A stretch of 64,000 nt of DNA from Mayamaea pseudoterrestris (lineage: Eukaryota), in the NCBI GenBank assembly GCA_027923505.1, contig BROI01000003.1, forward strand, positions 248,001-312,000, written 5' to 3'. The position numbers and the translations under genes are program-made. A model generated the notes under the pieces. The model was not told the origin of the DNA. It made no database searches and saw only the letters and a program-made list of their open reading frames with translations. Numbering within the stretch: the stretch's first letter is position 1; each line of letters starts with the position of its first letter. Positions 57,238 through 64,000 of this stretch are shown one piece after another.

Positions 57238-58390
57238 TTAGTAACCATCCGTACTGACCAACCACACAAGTGCCAAGTAAATACCGACAATTTGAAAGAC
57301 AAAGGCAACAAGCCAAAACTGTACGCCGACGCAACGAGGGAAACAGCACGGAATTAGTTTGGAGCACGCCACTGCATCGCTGCCTTCCGCCGTGCGAACA
57401 ATCAAGTCGTCATAAATGTCTCGCACCTGGACAATGAGCAAGTTGGCAAAGAGTGATGTGAGAAATTTGCTTGAAACATTCATACGTTAACAAGCGTTGA
57501 TAGACTTACGCTAAACCAACCAATAAAGACTCCGTAAAACAGTGTCACGTAAACCAAAAAGGGTGTGAACAGGAACCAATCAATGAGTACGCAGGCAATG
57601 TTGACAGCCGAAAAGAAGAGAGAAAGAGCGACAACGACCCCGTTTGGTTTGTATCTGCAACGAAAACAAGGAGCAATATCGTGAGTTCCTTCAATAATGA
57701 TGCGGCAATGCCATCAAATTCCATATATTAGTGTACATACAGGAGCGACAAGAGTAGAGCAAAGGTAATGATACTGGCGACAACGGTGGCTCCGACGCGG
57801 TTTCCGCTGAGTGCGACAAAGGCTCCTCCCCAGAATGCGCCTCCAACGTAGCCGGCAGGAATGACCAAGCAACGAACACCCTAATAAGTTGAGATCAAGA
57901 CTCTGTTAGTTTAAGACGTCAACGAATCATCGAGTATTGTCGTTGTTCTGTACTGCTGTACTGTTTTGACTTACGCCAGTGTAGCCTGTAACGCCACCTG
58001 TGTGAACATCATTTTAGTCCGTCAAATATGTCAGATAAAGCGAATCATAGCATACATAGGACCTCGAATGGTGTACGTACCTTCATTATTGTAGACTTCA
58101 ATCTTCTTGACGGATCCACCCGTCAGCCAGCAAGCACTGGCATGTCCAAACTCGTGGACAAAGACTGCGAGTAGTCGGAGTGGTTTCAGCAAGGACGTTT
58201 TACCCAAGAGCAATGCAATGAGAGCATATGCCGCATAGCAACAGAGAAAGACAATCTCTTCGCGATCGCAGCATGTTTGGAGACCCCAGCCAATGGACAT
58301 GATTGGTGACGCTATTTCTTCGACTTGGCGGAGAAACTGATCGACGGTTTCGGAATATGAGAAAGTCCAGTCAAAGAGCGTCGATGTCAT
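57238..58390 (-). CDS. Peptidase M50B-like membrane metalloprotease, 5 exons
   Basis: VFVHEFGHA; EG|GVTGYTG|GVRCLVIPAGYVG; DIYDDL..SDA; four GT-AG introns. Confidence 0.88.
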
Positions 58391-59069
58391 TCACTGTTTG
58401 TCAGTAAATGGCTATCTGATGGTCGGCTATTTGCTTTGCGGATATTAACACGAAATGCTGAATTGACACTCTCAAAACGGTAGTCGATGGTGGCCGCGAT
58501 GAAGGATGCACAAAAGCTCGTCGTCGCATCTGCTCATTGTCGCGGCAGCCATCAGCCTGCCCATCATTCATTGGAAGACTGGATTTCGCAAAGATTCGCA
58601 GTACTCTCTAGTCCATAGTAGCCGGCTCCCTCCGACCTGCCTCCGATCAGGACGCGGGATCGGAGGCCTATGTCATTTTGTCGCAACGTCAACGAAAGAC
58701 TTATGTACAACACGAAACGGATCGTTTCTCGCCCCGCGCTTTTGCGAGCAAGCATCGCGACGAACCGATGTTTGCACCGCGCCACTGCCGACCGCGCCAG
58801 TCGGTTCCAACCCAACCTTTGCATTCGTTCATTTTTCGTCGAATTGAACACCTCCATCATTGGTTTGAACTCCTCTTTGCACCGCCAAGCATCTATTCAA
58901 ATAAGAATCAAATCAAGTTGACTGCCTTGACAAGACTCTCTTCTTCTCCCGCATTATTTACTTGGTCCATTTCTTAGCCGCAACTCTTCAGCCGCACCTC
59001 CTCCATCGTCCAAGATCGATCCTCGCTCAGCTACTGCACATACCCATCACTTACGTTTCACAGCCCAAG

Positions 59070-60833
59070 ATGCCAGTTCAGACGCGCCGATCAATGCAAA
59101 AACCAGCTGTAAATGAGCACGACGATAAGTCGCCTCAAGAAATATCAAGACCGACGAGGCAGTCCCAAGCAGCAGAAGCATCCACGAGCAACAAGCGCAC
59201 AAATGACAAGTCGACAGCGGCTGTCATTACCACCAAAAAATCCAAGACTACAGACGATGCACTCGAAACTTCCTTGTCCTACAATTTGCGATCGTCTGCT
59301 CGCAAGCCGTCGCGTACAGACGCTGCTACGGTGACTCCCGCCACCATGGCCACAAATCCGCGACGACTGACGCCGTTTGCAACGCCTCCGTTTGCCTCGC
59401 ACCATGCGAGAGCAGACTCAATGACGTTTGATAGCAGCAGCAGCTACTCCAAACTACCTCCAGGAGTCATTGACATTTACGATCCTCTGCAGCCATGCGT
59501 TTCGACTCATCGCACCTGCAACTGCCCATCGGATCGCTGTCTTGAGCTTGGCACAGACGTTGCCTTTGCGCATATTGCTCACTACGGGGAGGACTTTGGC
59601 GAAATTATCAAGGAGCGCGAGCAGATGGAACATGCGCGCCACTTGTCGCGGATTCCACAAGTAAGGTTTGACAATGATAATGACGAGGACGAAGACAAGG
59701 AGAATAACAGCGGGCGTTCCGATTGCAACAAGACGGATGAGGATTCCAAGTCGTCGTCGTCATCGTCGTCCAGTCGATACACGCCTCCAGCAAACGCGCG
59801 GACGCAGGTTTACCCTCGTGGCCTTGAATTGAATTCCTTTCATGCCAATGGCTCGGAAGCGGAAGCTGCGCGCAGCCTATCTCTTCCTCGTCAGCCGGAA
59901 CTGAACACGACGATGCGCCAAATGCTTGTCAACTGGATGGTGGAAGTATGTCTCGAGTACAAGGTTTCGGACGATGCCTTGCATTTGGCAGTGACGCTCG
60001 TTGATCGCGTACTGCTGCTGGGGCCAACCGAGGACGAGCTTGAGGATTGGGACGGTGATATTTTGTACGACAGACCAACTGAGTTTTTCTATGTGCCAAA
60101 GGCCCTGTTTCAGGCGCTTGGATGGTAAGTGACACTTACAATCATTTCAATTCCATTCTCTAGCTTCCAGCTAACCCGATCGTCTCCTTCTGCGTTCAGT
60201 GCCTGCATTTTGATTGCCTCCAAGCTCGAGGATCGTTCCACACCCAAGATGGAAGACTTGTGCTATATTTCAGACTATTCTGTCTCGGAGCCAAAGCTTC
60301 GAGAAATAGAGGAAGACGTTTGCCGATTGCTCTCCTTTCGCCTTTCCCCAGTGACTCCGCAACACTTTGTCAATGAGTTTTTGCGAGCGAGTCATGCTTG
60401 CCCCTCTCGGTCTTGCCAGTACGACCACCCAATCCTTCGCAGTGTCGTCGCTTACATTCTTGCGTTGAGTCGACTTTCCTACGCCCTTAGCTTACTTAAA
60501 CCCAGCCTTTTGACAGCTGCTTCTGTGTATCTGGCTCGTGCGACGCTTGGTATCAGGGAAGAAGATCCAGACAAGCGATGCCAGCCCAGCAATCCGTTCT
60601 GGACCAAGACCCTCCAGCACTACACGGGATACTCCATTGCCGAAATAAAGCCAATCGTGCTGGTGCTACATAAACTTCAGTCTGCCGCGGAGTTTGTCGA
60701 GAATGAAAAGGGTGTCTTTGCCGCTTACCGATCCAGTGCCAGGCACCTGGCTAGTCTCAAAATTGCAGTGCCCATGGAAAGCCTTGGATTTGGCCGCGGT
60801 CATCAGGAAATGCTTATTGAGGATCTGTTTTAA
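59070..60833 (+). CDS. Cyclin (A/B-like cyclin box); intron 60125-60199
   Basis: QPELNTTMRQMLVNWMVEV..LHLAVTLVDR..FQALG|CACILIASKLE..DLCYISD. Confidence 0.92.
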
Positions 60834-61170
60834 TGGAAAAGTCAGTTCTTGGAGAATGATGACGAGTGTGTGTAGTATGGTTGGATCGACGGGACGTTAG
60901 TGTCCGTCTGTACAGATCCGCGGGTTCCAATCAGAAAATATAGCTAAATTTGCGTAGTAACGAGCAACGTTACATGCAACTACCGGTATTTTGTGACACG
61001 TCTATAATAGAAAGTGTTTATGTAAGCGTTATTGACGGCGATTTCTTATTGCAAAATGTGGCGGAAGCTGCGAAGAGCTACAACGATCCCTACGAACTGA
61101 GCTGGACGCATGGCTTTTATCAATCAAAAGCCTTACAACGACACGAACCATCACCCTTCACTAGATGTTG

Positions 61171-62499
61171 TTACTCAACTTCTATCTTGCCATCCAGCTG
61201 TGATAATTTTGGCATTACTAGACCTGGAATCAGTCGATAGTCGTCCTCACAAAGGTCCTTGGCCATGTCCAGCGTCGACTTTTCCTCGCCCATGACGGGC
61301 GAAAGTGCTGCTACCTGCTGATGCTCACTGCTATAGTATTCGTTCAGTTTACTGCTCGAGTCGGTCGCATGATGTACGGTGACGGGTCCATCAAACATGG
61401 CACCTCCATGGGGCGGCCATCCGTTGGAGCCATGCTCGTCCCATGCACCCACTTGCGTCAACAGTTGACGAATATCGTCCGCCATGCTGTCCATGTATCC
61501 GATAAAGTTGATGAATCCAGGGCTCTTCCAATACTTTAAATCAAGTCGAAGTGATTGAGGCTTCCAGTGCGGATCGTTGCGACAATCAGAGTGAGGATGA
61601 TGCTTGATCAAGAACAGAAAGTCTCGAAAGGTCAACAGCGGCGGCGATTTGTCTTGGCCCTTGCTTTCGAGTTCACTTGCAATAGGTCCTTGATGCGCTT
61701 TCTTGTTAGAACACTGGAGTAGATTATAGAAATGTTTGTGGACTGCTGTTATGTTTGCTGCAGTATCCATGTCGTCATCACTGTCGTCGCTTTCGTCGTC
61801 GTCGCTCACCATCAGTCCTCGACAACAATGAAACTGCATGTACTGATTCTGCACTCCCTTGTCCAAATACGCGCTCAAGAGTCGCTCCAATGGCTCTCGC
61901 ACAATCATGGCGCGCGTCCATTCATTGGATGTCAGCATTCCGTCCGCGACGCTGGGTGGATAGTCGTACAGATAGGACAATCCGTTTCGCTTGGGTGCAT
62001 GCGGCAGCGGATGAACGTCGTCGCGCCAGTCTTGATAACCCATGACGCGGCGACAAAACGTTTTGAGTAGCGTGCATCCAACCTTTGGAATGGTGAATAA
62101 CAACAGTTGGTAGCGCTCCAAAACAATCGGTGCTGCATCCCATGGGCCGTACTGATAAATCGAGTCGTTTGGTCGGAGAATGGTGCAATTTGCAAAGGCT
62201 GAATCTAGATGGGATGGCGGCGGTGGCTTTTTATAATGTTTGGATGTTGCCTGCGGTGTTGGAGGAGGCATTATTGTTCGACGAAACGACTTCTTTGTAA
62301 TCCTTTGCGTTGCTCGTGCTACATTTGACGCAGCAATGTTTGCGTCGGTCGAGGCTGTTTCTCGCTCATTCGAGTGAACATGTTGGACCAGATAAAGTTC
62401 CAAGCCAGTCAGCAGTATCATTGTTGTTACTAGACAGCATGAAAAGACTAAGAGCCGATGCTTTCGTATTGGCCGTCTTGCAGCAGCAATGATCGCCAT
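61171..62499 (-). CDS. Golgi-type carbohydrate sulfotransferase (Sulfotransfer_2 family)
   Basis: N-terminal TM; IPKVGCT (5'-PSB), VREPLERLLSAY (3'-PB), DPHWKPQ. Confidence 0.88.
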   Translation of the reverse strand: MAIIAAARRPIRKHRLLVFSCCLVTTMILLTGLELYLVQHVHSNERETASTDANIAASNVARATQRITKKSFRRTIMPPPTPQATSKHYKKPPPPSHLDSAFANCTILRPNDSIYQYGPWDAAPIVLERYQLLLFTIPKVGCTLLKTFCRRVMGYQDWRDDVHPLPHAPKRNGLSYLYDYPPSVADGMLTSNEWTRAMIVREPLERLLSAYLDKGVQNQYMQFHCCRGLMVSDDDESDDSDDDMDTAANITAVHKHFYNLLQCSNKKAHQGPIASELESKGQDKSPPLLTFRDFLFLIKHHPHSDCRNDPHWKPQSLRLDLKYWKSPGFINFIGYMDSMADDIRQLLTQVGAWDEHGSNGWPPHGGAMFDGPVTVHHATDSSSKLNEYYSSEHQQVAALSPVMGEEKSTLDMAKDLCEDDYRLIPGLVMPKLSQLDGKIEVE

Positions 62500-62761
62500 G
62501 GTGATTCTTGTGGACGCTGGTTTTCAGCGATACGACGCGACCTTTGCACCTCGCGCCACGGAGCGTTCGGGAATGAAAAGACGCCTGCCAGGTTGCTTAA
62601 GTAAGTACCGGTGTGACGTAAAGTGACAAGAGACGCGCGGTCATTTTTTCGATCCGCCTTTTCCTTGTCCATCTGCCTCATTCTTTGTTCTTTGTTGCGT
62701 ATCGAAATTCCTGTTTCACACTAGAATCTTCACGTTACAAATTGCCAACACTGATAAGATT

Positions 62762-63646
62762 ATGACGGACCGTCGAATCCATGTCAGCACACGGCTTCAG
62801 ACATGCTTTGATATGGATAACGCGACTCTCGCCGAGTTTGAGAGTGACGAAGGATTCCAAGCAACCCGCGGTGTACTCTTCTCTGACCTCGTGGAAAAGT
62901 ATCAACATATACCGTGGGAGTTCTTTTGGAATATCGAACTCAATGCCGACAACTATCGACTGCTTTTTACAGAGCTAGTCTTCGGACAGAATGCGAATCA
63001 ACGAACGACGTCATGGCCATTTGGTGCCTGCGGCTATGACTGTTCGAATTTGAGTCACACGGAAACAAAACTCATCATTTTGACAGCTCCACGGCTGTGT
63101 CTGCTCTATTTCTATGTCCTTGCACGAGATCCAGGTGGATGCGTCAAAGTGTTTGATCCACGGATTATGCATGGATTACAGTCTCCCTGCCTTCGTCCGG
63201 ACGTTCTTCAACGCGACGAAGACACTGGCACATTCCCTGAGACACTAACTAATTTTGCGTACTCTATTGGGACAAACCTGTACGGTCTAGGTCGGCACAT
63301 TATTGGAGCAGTACGATTCAACATTACACAAGGTGCCATATACTATGAGCTGACAATGGCTGATTACTTGACGTTTCAAGGATCGCATCGTTGCCTTCAC
63401 CCATGGTGTATGCACCATGTGATTTTTGAGCCAATGTATGTAAAATCGTTTCGCATTGGTTGCCGAGGCTACATGCGCACACAGTTTTGTGAGCGTAATC
63501 GGGACACGCTGCCGTGCCTCCATGGCCCACATAACTGTTTGGTAATCACAGTTGATCAATGTATCGCATGGGATGGGGTCGCTCCCTTCTTGGCAGCTGA
63601 CGCTCGATCTGCTCGTACTTTACCTCCCCATGAATACCCTTTTTAA
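62762..63646 (+). CDS. His-Cys box (His-Me finger) endonuclease-like protein
   Basis: SHRCLHPWCMHHVIFEPMYVKSFRIGC...C.....C.HGPHNC matches the SHxCxxxxC..HxxxExxxxNxxRxxC..C.H.P.C pattern, with Lys at the Asn position. Confidence 0.7.
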   Translation: MTDRRIHVSTRLQTCFDMDNATLAEFESDEGFQATRGVLFSDLVEKYQHIPWEFFWNIELNADNYRLLFTELVFGQNANQRTTSWPFGACGYDCSNLSHTETKLIILTAPRLCLLYFYVLARDPGGCVKVFDPRIMHGLQSPCLRPDVLQRDEDTGTFPETLTNFAYSIGTNLYGLGRHIIGAVRFNITQGAIYYELTMADYLTFQGSHRCLHPWCMHHVIFEPMYVKSFRIGCRGYMRTQFCERNRDTLPCLHGPHNCLVITVDQCIAWDGVAPFLAADARSARTLPPHEYPF

Positions 63647-63655
63647 TATGCATCC

Positions 63656-63684
63656 TTATATATATTATATATATCTATATATAT
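63656..63684. repeat. Imperfect (TA)n tract between convergent 3' ends
   Basis: ttatatatattatatatatctatatatat. Confidence 0.8.
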
Positions 63685-63711
63685 AAAATTACTACCATAG
63701 CTGTTACGCTT

Positions 63712-64000
63712 CTAGCTTACATCATAAACATCCCTGAGTGATTGGCTACGCGTCCGCCAGCCAAGTCCAACGCGGTCGAGTGCTAGGATTCTAATTGGCG
63801 AAAGACTTTGGTTTTGAAGGTAAAGACGTTGCTTCTGCAACCATCCGTAGTATGTCGAATTCCGATCAATCCGATAGCCAACTCCAGGATTGTGGTATCG
63901 AAGATGAATGAGGTAAAACATCTGCGGCATTACAAAGTGAGACGCGTATACTGATAGCACATGTAAGCATTAGGACTTACCATCCAACGCAAGTCTGTAC
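63712..64000 (-). CDS. 3' end of a helicase-associated (HA) domain protein; intron 63922-63980
   Basis: RWM|MFY..LRY...GWLQKQR..L....LS..RI.ALDRVGLGW resembles the HA consensus; GTAAGT...GCAG intron in phase 0. Confidence 0.6.

Noticed and set aside
37687..62499. Glycan-modification cluster (propeller enzyme, O-methyltransferase, sulfotransferase)
   Set aside because: The genes are separated by many unrelated housekeeping genes
1..64000. tRNA, rRNA or CRISPR arrays
   Set aside because: None recognised by eye; tRNAscan-SE and Infernal were not run

Overview
Eukaryotic, intron-containing, gene-dense window from a diatom. Evidence for that assignment: a literal ASAFAP plastid-targeting motif, an FCP/LHC gene and a CoDi-type Ty1/copia element. 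Layout: (i) 1-5.8 kb holds a PHT1/Pho84-like transporter and two tandem paralogues of an RNI/LRR-like family; (ii) 5828-11050 is a full-length Ty1/copia retrotransposon with identical 211-bp LTRs, no tRNA primer-binding site, a perfect 14-nt LTR/PBS complementarity suggesting Tf1-like self-priming, no target-site duplication, and a different interrupted gene on each side; (iii) 11.6-18.3 kb holds housekeeping genes, including a PDH E2-like protein lacking the catalytic His; (iv) 18.5-33.2 kb is an accessory, gene-poor zone with orphan coiled-coil ORFs and unexplained duplications, ending in two tandem intronless genes with a putative DUF4258-like + vWA + MYND-like Zn finger + alpha-kinase architecture; (v) 33.5-62.5 kb holds ordinary genes; (vi) the right end has a free-standing His-Cys-box nuclease-like ORF converging on an HA-domain gene. 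All calls come from reading motifs by eye; no database searches were run.
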